From the NCBI GenBank assembly GCA_013239625.1, contig MU056050.1:3334084-3398083 (forward strand): 64,000 bases of DNA. The letters are read 5' to 3'. Numbering within the stretch: position 1 is the stretch's first letter; each line of letters opens with the position of its first letter. Source of the stretch: Lama guanicoe. Its lineage: Eukaryota. Made by a program: the position numbers and the translations under genes. Shown here piece after piece: positions 28,129 to 40,197 of the stretch. A model generated the notes under the pieces. The model made no database searches. It had not been told where the DNA came from and saw only the letters and a program-made list of their open reading frames with translations.

Positions 28129-28404
28129 GAAGCTACTTTCAGATGGGATCAAGTATCTCCTCCTATTAATATTTCCCCCAAAAAAGCCCTGAATTGGATG
28201 ACATAGTAACTTCCCTAAAAAGTGGTAAAGAACCGACAGACTCAAGAATATTTCATTATAAATTACATAGTATATCATCTACCCTTTTCTAAACATAATA
28301 AAAATGGAAAGGACTTTATAAACCTCCTTGTAAACCCTAAACACTTTCACACTTAGGATCACAATTAGTCCTTATCACAACCTCATGATGTACATATGGG
28401 AGTC

Positions 28405-28830
28405 AGTTTAGCATAGTGAACAATGGGAACTTTGGAGTCACAGACTTGATTTCCAGTCCCAACCTACTACCTCTTAGCTGCAAAAACTGGCAAGTTATTT
28501 CTCTCCAAGCCTCAATTACCTCATCTGTAAACTGGAGATAATATCTCATCTCATAAGGTGTTCATGAGGAGCAAATTGAAGCATCTAACAGAGTCCTGGG
28601 ACAGGGTAGGTACTATTCAACTCTTATTATTATTATTGTTATTTTTAATTTTATTACTGATTGTGGTGTTGATGACAATGATGATGAAGTCAACTTTGCA
28701 GTCAACTTTATGGCTCAGAGAGCTGAAGTAACTTGCTTAAGGCTGCACAGCTAGGAAGCTTGAAAGGCATCTAGCACAGAGTCTGGCACTATAGTGGCAG
28801 GCAGTCAACATTATGTTAGCTTTATTCTTT
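28405..28830. mobile_element. MIR (+) followed by further MIR fragments and (TAT)/(GAT) repeats
   Basis: gcctcaattacctcatctgtaaactggagataata; ggctcagagagctgaagtaacttgcttaaggctgcacagctag. Confidence 0.8.
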
Positions 28831-29239
28831 CCTGACTTAAAACTTAATGATTTTCTGAGTATTTTATTCCTAAAAAATAATGACGCAGGCTCAATTTTAG
28901 CTAGGGTGACGCCTGCACCAACATATTTGTGAAAATCAAGAACATTTTCTTTTACTCATAGGTAGTAATATATGGAATAAAACAACAAAGAGGATTCCAG
29001 ACCTCACAAAAAAGATAATAATGAAGCCTGCAATTTTGCCTAATGTAGGTTAATTAATTTCCCCCCAAAGAGGCATATATTTTCCCTCCTAGGTGTCTAA
29101 AGATCACCAAGTCAGTGGCAAAAAGACCACAAGTTTCCAGACTTTCACCTCCTGGATCTTTATACTTTACATAAGTCAATATATCGAAGGATGGTGCTAG
29201 TTGAAAATTTAAATAGGTTGAAAACATGTTCATGTCAGT

Positions 29240-30320
29240 TCATGGACGATAGATTCAGGTTTTTATCCTTGACCTTTTTCAGGTCTTACTCTATACATTC
29301 TCCCTGGTAATCTCAACCATCCCCAGGCATCTTCTAGTAGAAGACACTGGTAAACTCAAATCTACTCACATCAATAGTCCAGATCCTTCCTGAGCTCTAG
29401 ATACACAGTAACAGCTGCCTGATGGGAAAATCCACCTCGGTGTCACCCAAACAACTTAAATTTAACATGTCCAGAAAGAAACCCATTCTCTTCCCTTTCA
29501 AACCCACTTCTCCTGTTTTTCTTCTCTTGGTAAGTGGATCACCATCTTCCCAGTTTCCCATACTTGAAATTTAGAGTCATCCTTGACTCTGTTATCTCCT
29601 TCAACCTCGACAAGTAATCAATTACTAAGTCTCACCAATTCTATCACACTACTACTTCTTGAATGTGTTTCTTCACTTCCATTGATACAGCCAGAATTTA
29701 GACATTCATCACCATTCTTTGCCTGGGCTAATTCAGTGACTTCATAGAGTGTCTCCTTGCATCCAGTTTTTCCCAGTTGCAATCCATCTTCTACACTGCT
29801 GCTTTCACATCTACAATTGTTTTCTATACTTCTCATCCTAAAGATTATAATTCATCATGAAATTCTCTATCACTTAAAAGCTTTTTTAAAAAAATGTTTA
29901 AAGGAAAAAAAGAACTAAGTTGGGCATTCAAGACTTTTTGTGGTCTAGTTTCAATGCACCTCACTCTAGTCATATTGAGATTTTTACCATTCCACGCCTT
30001 TTCACAGCTTCACACTCTTGCACCTAATAATCTACCCTCTTGGAATGTCCTTTTCCTAGTAAACTCTCATTCAGATGGTAAGCTCTTGATCAAATATCAC
30101 CTTTCTAAAGTACACTTGATTCCCCTGTGTACTTCCATAGCACCTTATTTATCTATAAAAGCACTTCTTACACTTAATTGTAATGATTTGTTGGATGTCT
30201 ACTTTCTCTACCACATTAGGAGTTTCCTGCAAACAGAAACTATCATAGTCATCTCCAGCCCCAGCATTTGACTTGAGGCCTGATGCAGAGCAAGTGCTAA
30301 ATAAAAGCTTACTGAGTAAT
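29240..30320 (+). mobile_element. L2
   Basis: tttaacatgtccagaaagaaac...tagagtcatccttgactct...caagtgctaaataaa. Confidence 0.8.
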
Positions 30321-30982
30321 AATAGGTTATTAAAAGGAAATTAGGATGACATCATAGAAGACAGACTTACTTTCCTCATCTCAAAATTCATTTTGATCAC
30401 AATGCAGCGATAAAATCTGAGTCTGCCTAGCTCTTTATACTGACTCCATACAAAATGGCTTATACTTTTAGAACAAACTGTCACCAGAAGTGCATTCTTA
30501 TTTAAATTCACAGCATATTAGGTCAAGCACTCTATACATCAATCCCATAAACCACAAGTCACAGTTTTAAATTCATATTCTATAAAGACAGGCTTATAGA
30601 GAAATATTTTAACGGGAACTACACATTTCTTAAAGTATAATAGAGCCCCTCAAAATTCCCATAGGAAAACATCTACCAATTTAGAAATTTAGAGTCATCC
30701 TTGTTAGGGAGAAAAATAAAATTCCTTTATCACAAAGTTACAAAGCCTTTAGCTGCATAAATAGGGAAGATTAAAATGAATTACTTGAAAACACAGATAC
30801 AAAACTTTAACCAAGTATGTTGAGCTAAAAAAAATGGGTAATATAGTTAATATAAACATTCAATATATATTTAAATGTTAGTATGAATCTTGAATCTTTG
30901 GTTCAATTTAAAGTTTTTCTAATGTAAGATTCATTATGAATTAGAACACAGTAATTTTCAATTGTAATAAATGTATTTTATA

Positions 30983-31076
30983 TGGTCTAGGGTGGTGCCT
31001 GAGAATTTGCCTTTCTCACAGGTCCATGGGTGATGATGCTGCTGTTGGCCCAGAGTCCATGCTTTGAGAACTGCTG
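30983..31076. mobile_element. MER5A-like MITE, partial
   Basis: ggtctagggtggtgcctgagaatttgcctttctcacagg...ctttgagaactgctg followed by atccagat. Confidence 0.7.
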
Positions 31077-31831
31077 ATCCAGATCATTGAATCAATTTTA
31101 TGAATCTCAACACTGAGTTATTCTTAAGAAAAAAAAAGTAATCTCTGCCAATGTCAGTATCTTTTTTTACTATGTAGTTAAAATAGTGTCTAATACTACT
31201 TATCTAATGATTGAAAAGAAATAAGGAAATCATACTTCTATCTACCTGCTTTCTATTTTGTAGAAACTGTCTTGTCAATCCATAATTGAGAAACAAAGGC
31301 TGTCCAAAGGATACGCCCCACATTATGGCTGTGGTAGGAAGGGTTCCAACAAATTCTTACTTTCCCTTAGGACTGTGCTGCACAAGGTTTCAGCATTCTG
31401 TCGACGACAGTCTTTCTGGACCTTTGCTTGGTAGTCTCCACTAACCTTTTTAAGGCTCTTTTAGATGCCAAATATTTATTTGAGACTTTCGTCCCATATA
31501 GGCAATGGCTTGAAAAGCACTTAGCTGTTTACTTTTCATCTTACTATAAATTATTTATCCTTCAGTCTGTAAATGGCTATTTGTAGGATTAGACAAATTT
31601 TGAATGCTCTGATAAGAGGATTGTTGCATCTAAATTCATGCATAATCCGTAAAAAGCACATGTAACCTACAACCTCAGCTGAACTGGCATATGAAACAGA
31701 TTCACTAAGCATATGTAAGGAGCACAAATTATTAACCAGTTAACATCAGCAAATTTGTTTTTGAAACAGAAGTTTATGCACACAAGCATTCCCTAATGAG
31801 AAATAATATCAGCTATAAAAATCCAATAAAA

Positions 31832-31840
31832 ACATACCTT
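31832..31840 (-). promoter_or_regulatory. TENM1: 5' splice donor of TENM1 coding exon 1 (AAG|GTATGT)
   Basis: The minus strand reads ctcaag|gtatgttttt, exactly where protein similarity stops. Confidence 0.93.
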
Positions 31841-32054
31841 GAGGAGATTTCTCTACTTTTTTCCTCTTCCTACTCTGGCTATTGTAATTCATCCTCAGCT
31901 CTTGGTTATACTCATGCAGAGTTTCTCGGGAGTTGTATGATTGTCTTGGTTTTCTTCCATCTTCACTCTCATCAGAAGAACTGGTATAAGCCAGGTCCAT
32001 TTCATGCTTGACTTTTGACAGAGGTTGGTAGGGTTTGCAGTCTGTTTGCTCCAT
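31838..32054 (-). CDS. TENM1: Teneurin-1, first coding exon (N-terminus of the intracellular domain, aa 1-72, including the RKRK NLS); phase-1 intron follows
   Basis: The translation MEQTDCKPYQPLSKVKHEMDLAYTSSSDESEDGRKPRQSYNSRETLHEYNQELRMNYNSQSRKRKKVEKSPQ matches the mammalian teneurin-1 N-terminus. The ATG at 32054-32052 is in strong Kozak context (gagATGG). Homology ends at the canonical donor CAAG|gtatgt. Confidence 0.97.
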
Positions 32055-32077
32055 CTCTGATTAAGCAAGCTCAGTTT

Positions 32078-32098
32078 CCTGAAAAAAGGAAGAGGAAC
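32078..32098 (-). promoter_or_regulatory. TENM1: Second, proximal candidate 3' splice acceptor 24 nt upstream of the ATG
   Basis: The minus strand reads gttcctcttccttttttcag|gaaac. Confidence 0.5.
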
Positions 32099-32116
32099 TC
32101 TTTTAATGAAAGCAGT

Positions 32117-32155
32117 CCTGAAAGAGAGAGGGGAAAACACACGCCTTCTTAGATT
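32117..32155 (-). promoter_or_regulatory. TENM1: Upstream 3' splice acceptor of the TENM1 AUG exon (63-nt 5'-UTR portion, 32055-32117)
   Basis: The minus strand reads aatctaagaaggcgtgtgttttcccctctctctttcag|gactg: a branch-like CTAAG, a long pyrimidine tract and CAG|G. Confidence 0.75.
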
Positions 32156-33624
32156 TGTCCTTTTGCAAGGAAACGCATCTGGCAGATTTACAATTGGTCC
32201 TGATAATACTATCAAAGGAGGGGAGCAAAAGACAAAGGAGATGACACAAAGCTAGCCGGAGGCAATAACAGCACTGTGTTACATGCGAACATTGTCAAGC
32301 ATTTAGGATTAAGCTGGAAGTAGCAGTATCAGAAAATACTCAAGGTAAAAGAGAGCCAGCTTTCAACAATACTTGTGTTGGAATGCAAATAAAGGACAGC
32401 GTTGTTCTATGGTATGTGTCTGTTTTGAATGTTAAAGATATCGGTTAGATTTCTTTTTAATTACAAGGTTTGAAAGTGGCCAGAAGTACAGATATTAACC
32501 CAGCATATCCTACATTTGAAATGAAAACTGGTAAGAGAACTACATTCAGAAAAAACATTCTTGCCTCTGGTTTAATATTGCATTTAAGAAAAGGATTCTG
32601 AGTTAGAGAGGCTCATGAAATAAAGTGTCCTTAAGGGGGACTGAGCTCTTTGTGTTCATATTGTGACTTTTGCGCCTCAGGCTTGCAGAGCATTTTTAAT
32701 GAGTTAGGTGGTGGTAAATTTTTGTTCTTCATAGTACCAAGAGGACATAAACAACACTTGTGGTGAGTATACTGGTATAGGAACAGCAGGATCTAAATCG
32801 GGTTTAGAAATAGAAATTTTAAACTTCATGATAAATCACTGAAAAAAAAACCCTTCATCACAGAATGCTGAGCTAGGAGCCACTAAGGCTCTTAAGACCA
32901 GTAGAGGCATTATTCCCCTTACTTAGCACAGAGAGATTTGAGAAGATCAAAGACCATCTGATATGTCAAAGTCTGAAAAGTTTAAAGCATATAAAAATGT
33001 TCTTGTTTTCATCCTTTACATTATTTTATCATCATTTTCATCCACTGTTGCAACTTTGCAACTTGGTCCTTTCATACAATGTTCAAGAAACCTAGCTTGA
33101 AACAAAATAGCACTTTATTTTGCAATGAAAATGACGCCTTTATTTTTCTTCAGCTCTTCACCATACTGCATTGTCAAAGAAATCTACAGACGTTTAGATG
33201 GTGGCTCCTGTGTCACGTACAGCATCTTACTTTTTGGAATTTCTATTGCACGTATAGCAAACACAAAGAACACTAAAATCACTCAATGAAGCTTATGGAT
33301 TTGACTGATATTCATTTGATGGCATACAGTGCTTTGCAGTATGAACAAAGTTTCACTAGTCTTATTTCCCTAATCAGATGTTAAGATCAGAGAAGGCAGA
33401 CTCTGAGTCTTATGCTTCCTTATCTCCCCCATACCACTTAGCACTATTCTAGGCACACACATAGTAGAAACTATTTAACTCCTAAACCTACAGATTCCAT
33501 AAATGGTCCACAGAGGCACGTAGTTTGGTTTGAACTGATATCAGAGTGGAGCATCTTGGAGAGAAAGCAGATCAAGTAATATAAATTAATATATACTGAG
33601 GAGTCAAAAACAATCAAGCTCATG

Positions 33625-34305
33625 CCATCTCATGGCTGAACATACTGTCTACACACATAAGTCCCCAATCTATAGCTCCAGCATAGGTCCCTCACCTGAA
33701 CCACGGGCTTGGATACCCAACTGCCTATTCAACATCTCTACTTGGATATCTAAAAGGTATCTCAAACTTATTATGTTCAAAACTAAGCTCCTGATTCCCA
33801 TCCCTTCCCCAAACTGCTCCTCTCATAGTCTTCTCCATCTTGGTAAACGGCAAATCCATTCTTCTGTTTGCTTAGGCCACAGAACTTGAAGCCATCCTTG
33901 ATTCTAGTCTTTTACATCCTACATACAATCCATCAGTTAATCCTATTGGGGTTACCTTTGAAATGTATCCAGAAACCAACATCTCCCTCACTCCCCACTC
34001 CCACACCAGGATTATTGCTATAGCCTCCTAACTCATCTACCGCTTACACTATTGCTCCCTTCCAGCACATTCCCCACACTCCAGCCACAATGAAGCTTTT
34101 AAATCTAAATCATATCATGTCTCTCCTTTGCTCAAAAGCAGCAATGACATCCTATTTTCTTTAAAATAAAAGCTGAAATCCTTACAATGACCTACAAGAC
34201 CCCTACAAGGTCCACCTCTCCCTACCCTAACCTCTCCAAACTCATCCTCTGATATCTCCCCCTGTCTCATGAACCCTAGATGTACTAGTCTTCTTGCTGT
34301 TTGGG
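33625..34305 (+). mobile_element. L2 (L2a-like)
   Basis: ccaactgcctattcaacatctctacttggatatctaaaaggtatctcaaactta. Confidence 0.85.
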
Positions 34306-35191
34306 ATTAACACAGCAGAGGTGTGGCCAAAATAATGCTCCCTCTTGAGCCTCAGTTGGTTATGAATTTACACCACTCAAACCTGACACGTTAAACTTAA
34401 AAATAAAAAACATCTCACTTCTAATGCCAATGTTGTATTTTGGCTACTGTGATTTATGTTAAAGCCACCTGTATTTCTTATGTATGGGAATCTAGACATA
34501 CTTCTCTCCTTCATTATGTGCATTTGCAACATGAAAGAGAAAGAGATTCCTAATAACCATTTTGAACCAATGTTGAAGTTCTCATCATAGCTATTCACAG
34601 CTATAATCAGCTAGGCATGTCACACCTAAGTCAAGGTTACTGAGTGTCCCTTGGAAGCAATCTTCCTTTATATCGCAAATTGGTAAAAACCAAAAAAAAT
34701 AATAATCCTTCTCTGCCCCCTGCCCCCTGCTCCTTCACCAAAACTTACTAAAATCTGTGCCAGTGGACCCGGATGGCAGAAGATACATTCAGCTCTCTTT
34801 AGACACATGATATGGAGGCACCTTGTGCCTAGAGCTGTGAAAGTATATAACTGTGAGATTTACCAAGGTCTTGAGAGACAGAGCTTGACCACACACACAA
34901 CTAGTTCACTTATTGAAAATAAAAAAGTGGTAAAACCTTAAGAAAAAGATTAATATTCTAAATCCAACAAACTTTGAAAGCATAATAATTCAGAAAAGAT
35001 GCTGCTCTAAATACTCTAAGGTAAAGAATAGGCTCATATTTGCTTAACTGACTTTTTTTCATTTAATGCCCAACATGGCATCCTGGAGATCCGTTGGCAA
35101 GCCAATGTCATTTAGACATAATGATGACAGTGTCAACTCATAGAGAAATCAAATGTACATATAATGCTATTCACATTGAAACAACTTTTTT

Positions 35192-35320
35192 GGGGGTAGG
35201 GATATATAGCTCAGTGGTAGAGCACATACTTAGCATGCACAAGGTCCTGGGTTCAATCCCCACTATCTCCATTAAAAAAAATTGTCTCTTCATCCATTAA
35301 AAAAAAATAACAAAAGCAAC
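35192..35320 (+). mobile_element. tRNA-Ala(AGC)-derived SINE, resembling camelid Vic-1
   Basis: G-rich start; A box tagctcagtggtag; cttAGCat anticodon loop; B box ggttcaatccc; A-rich tail; degenerate TSD aaacaacttttt / aaataattttt. Confidence 0.85.
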
Positions 35321-35697
35321 AAAATAATTTTTAATTTCTCTTTATTTTGATAATGATAAACTTTTTTTAAAAAAAAGCAATTGTGGAGGTAAAATACATG
35401 CTGCTATGAAACAAAGTGAAAAACAAAGAAGTCAATTGTCTTTGCTACTGCAGAAGATCCATTCAGATAGATCACAGTATAAATTCAAAATGTCACCACC
35501 TGTGGTTTACCCTTGTGTTTTCCACTTTCTACTTGCTAACAAGATAAACTCCAAGGTGACTTCAGAGGAGCTCATGGAAGTTTATGTTTTTTTTCGTCAC
35601 CATAAGGCTACAGAGAGACAAACTGGTAAGCGGAACTCACTGGTCTTAGAATGGCGGGATTATCACAATAACAAAAGCAGAAGCAGTCCAGGTAGCA

Positions 35698-35943
35698 GCT
35701 AACTCACAGCAGTCATCATGTATCAGGCCTACCAGTCACTGTTGTAAATGCTTTTCATATCATAACTCCTTTAATTCTTATGGCATCCTATGCAGTAGGT
35801 ATTAATTTTAGCCCCATTTTATAAAGAAAGCCAAGGAACAGAGCAGTTAAGTGACTTGCCTAAGGTCGCACAGCTAGTAAGCTGTAGAGCTGAGATTTCA
35901 ATTCATACAATCTGTCTCCAAAGGCCACACTCTTAATCACTAT
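35698..35943 (-). mobile_element. MIR
   Basis: ccccattttataaa...gttaagtgacttgcctaaggtcgcacagctagtaag. Confidence 0.88.
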
Positions 35944-36744
35944 TTCACTTCGTCTTTCAGCAGAATACCTGGAAGAGTGGCCTAAGGTACATCCCTTCCC
36001 TCTCTCAGGGTCTCTAGTTTATCCAAATGTAATAGGAGATTAGATTATCTCAAAGAGCTCTTCCAGCTCTAAAATCCCACGACTGTACACAAAATTGAAG
36101 GGAAGCTTAGACTGATTAGCCAAAAAAACCCCAACAACCAAAACCAAAACAAAAAAAACCACGGTGGGGATATTCAAAGCCAAGTCTACATTATTTATCA
36201 TTCCCACCCCCCCACTCCCATCCCTTCCTTTCCTCTCCCTTCCTCCAACCCTTCGAACTCATGCCAATCTATTATAGGGTAGTTAAATTAAAATATTGCT
36301 TTTGAATCCGTGTATACACCTATGCACTGGGGATAACCTCCCTTCTTCTTCCTCCAGCTGGTTATTTTCTGTCTACATCTTGCTCTTAATCATATATGAT
36401 GCCCTCTCAAAATGGAAAACCAGCCTGTCCTGTTTATAAGTTGGGGCTTTCACCAAAAAGGCTCACTCTGCTCCAGAAAGAAAAAAGAAAGAAAGAAAAG
36501 AAATGATACAAAGCACATTGCCCAAGGAGAACAGGCCTTCCCAGCACACCAGGCAGAGGAAATGAGGCCACCTAGTACCCGGAGAATAGCTAGCAAAGGG
36601 GATAGTACTCTTTGGAATTATTATAGTAACTTTTCCTCAATAAGGACCTTTTACTTTAATGCAAACTAACTGATTTAGAAAACATTGGGCTTAGGAAATG
36701 AATGTGAACTCTTGGCTGATGCTTCTCTCACCTTTCTTTGTTTT

Positions 36745-37570
36745 CCTTAAAGAAACATTTAAGTAGTGAACTGCTGTGGGGGAAAAAGATTTAAAAGTAA
36801 CATATAATCACCTGAATCTTTACAAAATTGAGGGAGGCATCTCCCCCATAAATCTACCTGTCTGTAAGAGTGACTGCTGTCATTCTGGTCCATTTCCTTC
36901 CAGTCATTGTATACACATATATTCTTTTCATGTTGTTTCTTTCACTCTAGATGTTTTTTACTTGTTTCTGTACAATTTCTACAACCATCCTTTTTAACAG
37001 CAGTGTAGCCGGGTGTACTGTAATTTACACACCCATTTCACTATTATTGGGTATTTACATTCTTCCCTTTACGTTTACAAGTATTATAACTGAAGTCACA
37101 TAAAGATAACATGAACATCTTCAACATTTTTTATTATTTCCTTAGGGTAGATTCCAAGAAGTTGAATTAATGAGCCAAAAGGTTTGAACATTTTTGTGGC
37201 TTTGGGGGACTGTAATGATTTACACTGCTATTAGCAATGTGTGGGAGCACTCTCCTTTCACTATACCCTTGTCAACTTTGAGTATTGTTTTTTAATATAT
37301 ATTTGAAATGAGTAAATTAAAGGTATCTTCTTTTAGTTTGCATTTCCTTGATTATTAGTGAGGCTGAATATTTTTTCTGCATATGTTCACTAGTTCTGAT
37401 CCCTCTCTTGAGAACTATTTATGGCTTTTGTGCATTTATTTACTGGGAACCTTAGTGAGTTTTTTTTCCAATTAAACTATATTGATGTAATATGACAAAT
37501 AAATTAAGCCTTTATAGTATTTGCTGAAATCATCTTTCACAGTGTGTTGTTTGCCCTTTTTATTTTTGTC
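36745..37570 (-). mobile_element. Old L1ME-like 3' fragment
   Basis: Contains tttagtttgcatttccttgattattagtgaggctgaatatttttt and neighbouring antisense L1 motifs. Confidence 0.65.
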
Positions 37571-38674
37571 CTTTTTAGATGAATGAACATTATACTAAGA
37601 GGAAAGCATGATCACTGGCTGGACATAAATCAGTTGCTTTAGAAAAATATAACAAACTTGATAAAACCAAGAGTTTTTCTGAAAACAATTTGCATCAAAT
37701 TCTCCAGCAGCTGTTTGACTGACTTCATTTACTTATACAGCAAATAAACTGTAGTTTGACCGAATTCTACCATTTAAAAAACCCATCTATTTGTGTGTGA
37801 TGAGAGCCTAGGTAGGTACATAAAGCCTAAAGCACTAGTTTGATCACTAGTTTGCTTTTGTCATGGAATTGGCTAGGTATTGTGGTATCTCATGAATACT
37901 ACCATAACATTTTAGTAAATAAAAAGGGAAATAAATCATCTTTTTTTTTTTTTTCATGAGATAGACAGGCTGAGAATTTTACGTACTCAATATGGGACTT
38001 CTTATCCAGGAAATGATAGCTTTTGAAGGAGACTGCCTTTGTGGTACACAGATATTCTATTACATCAAAGAGATAATACTCAACAGTTGAAATGAAATTC
38101 TATTTACCACTTTGGTGCACATGAGTTTCTTTAACCTAATTGTTCTATTAGTGCTTTTAAAGTCTTACAATAGAAGGATGAAAGGTCCCTCCTGGAAAAA
38201 TATTCCTCCAAAACTGATTTGACTCAGTTGTGAGAACAGCTGCACTGGATTTCCTCATAGTGCCTCGGCAGGCTCTTTAGGCCATTTTAAAAGAGAAAAA
38301 TGGAAGTCATTTAATTCCACAACTAAATAGTGATGATTAATAATCTCACATCTCTTTCTGTGGATGCTCTGGTTTTTTGTTTTTTGTTTTTTTCCTGGCT
38401 GCTTGTGCCTATTTTTTCTCATTAACTTTACATAAAAACTCTAAACATTTTTATAGATACAAATGCTAGATCACATGAGACAGGTGGGGCAAGAGAAGAA
38501 TTAGTGAACAGAAAAGTTGATGTTCTCACCAGACTCCACAAAAACCTCTAATCTGGAAAACCATTTTAAAAGAAAAATAAACACCTAAAACCCTAGATCA
38601 ATTATTTTGAACATTTACTCTCATTTAGTATCTCCAGTGCTGCTTAGGGAATTTGGACTCCAAAACTCCTCCGT

Positions 38675-38700
38675 ACACCACACACACACACACACACACA
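38675..38700. repeat. (CA)n
   Basis: Seen directly. Confidence 0.92.
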
Positions 38701-39889
38701 AATTTAGTCAAAGTTCTTGTGGACTAGAACAATATATATCATAATTTTAAAGATTTATTGAGTGTTTTATAATATCCCATTAGATAAATGGCAACAGCTT
38801 AGTGCATGTCAAAATATGTGGTTCGTATTTCAAATTCATTGAGGTAGGGACTTTTTTTAAAATTGTGTATAAGTACCTAACACATCTCTATACCTTCGTA
38901 ATTTGAAAACAGTAATACATCTCTGAGTTGCAGTGACATCTATCTCCATCACACCATCTCTTTTGGAACTCTAACAACTTCCTAAAGTAATTTCAAATTA
39001 CTCCTCTCTTACAACTTCTCAGTATCCTTTGTGGTAGATTATGTAAATCAGCTAAACACTTAATATGGGGAACAATCTTCAAGAAAATTGAAGGTAACTC
39101 AATGTATAAAAGCCTTTTTACTCTTTTGAGAAGAACAATAGCTGCTTATTTCCCCAAGTAAACAATCATATTCAATTCATTTTTCTTACAACGAAATCCA
39201 CTAGGGCTTTGTAAATTTCATAGCAATTTTAGCATTAACATACTTATCCAAAATGTAGCATCAAATTTAATATAGTATCTTGAAAAGTAATAGGCTTTAA
39301 ATATGGTACTGAACAACCAGAGATATCACTTTCTTCCATATTTTGCAAAAAGCAAATATTAATCATAGCTCTCTATTGCCATCCATCTTCTACATTAGTT
39401 CAGTGAAATTTGCAGTTTATCAGTAACCTTCTCAAGTTTCATGTAAAACAATTGGGAGCAGAAACATTTTCACTGCTTAATGCTTGAACCTCATTTTCAA
39501 TTATGTTAAATATTAGGTGGAAAAGGAGCTAATCAAATTAACATATGCTTCAAAGATATAGACTCTTTAGTGACTTAATTGTAGAGGTGAATACAGGGGT
39601 TAATAATGATTGCCAGGATTTACACCAAGTATTTTGCTCCTTTGGGCAAACGCTATGTCAAAGGCAGCAGGCTATATTAGAAAGAGCCCTATGAGAGAAT
39701 CCTAAAATGCAGATTCCAGACACAGCTTTATGACTTTTCTATAAAGTGGGGGAAATACCTAATATCATTAATCCTATGAGCCTCACAGGGCTGTTATGGC
39801 TAGTGCATGGAAATAATGATTGAAAGTTTTAAAAAACAAGTACCAGAGGAAAGCCCCTAGCATAAGTTCAAGTTGTCAACTTGACTAAA

Positions 39890-39967
39890 TACTACTACTA
39901 CTTCTTCTCTTCCTCCTCCTCTTCCTCCTCGTCGTTATTATTGCTATTATTATTATCATTATTATCA
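39890..39967. repeat. Compound trinucleotide repeat (TAC)(TTC)(TCC)(TCG)(TTA)
   Basis: Seen directly. Confidence 0.9.
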
Positions 39968-39999
39968 GAAGTAAAAGGACTAAAAAGAAGATCCAGGCA

Positions 40000-40197
40000 T
40001 TCTTTTAAGCAATTTACATCCATGATTGCATTTAATCATCAAAAATTTAACAGCGAGATATGTTTTCCCCATTTACAGATAAAGAAACAGAGGCACTGAA
40101 AGGTTAAGTAATTTCACGAAGGTCACATAGCTAGTGGAGCTAGAATTCAAATCCAAAAGGTCCAGCTCCAGAGCCTGCAGTATTAACCTCTTTGCTA
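40000..40197 (-). mobile_element. MIR
   Basis: cccatttacagataaagaaacagaggcactgaaaggttaagtaattt. Confidence 0.85.

Larger units (their letters stand above)
1..31837 (-). other. TENM1: TENM1 intron following coding exon 1 (next exon lies outside the window)
   Basis: It starts at the GT donor. No further teneurin-like coding sequence is seen in the ORF track. Confidence 0.85.

Noticed and set aside
31796..32011. Plus-strand ORF opposite the exon
   Set aside because: Antisense shadow of the TENM1 coding sequence.
31895..32215. 106-aa ORF overlapping the TENM1 exon in another frame
   Set aside because: Non-ATG start, crosses the splice acceptor, and has no recognisable protein features.
35200..35272. 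Functional tRNA-Ala gene
   Set aside because: Mismatched stems, G-rich extra 5' bases, an A-rich tail and a possible TSD indicate a SINE.
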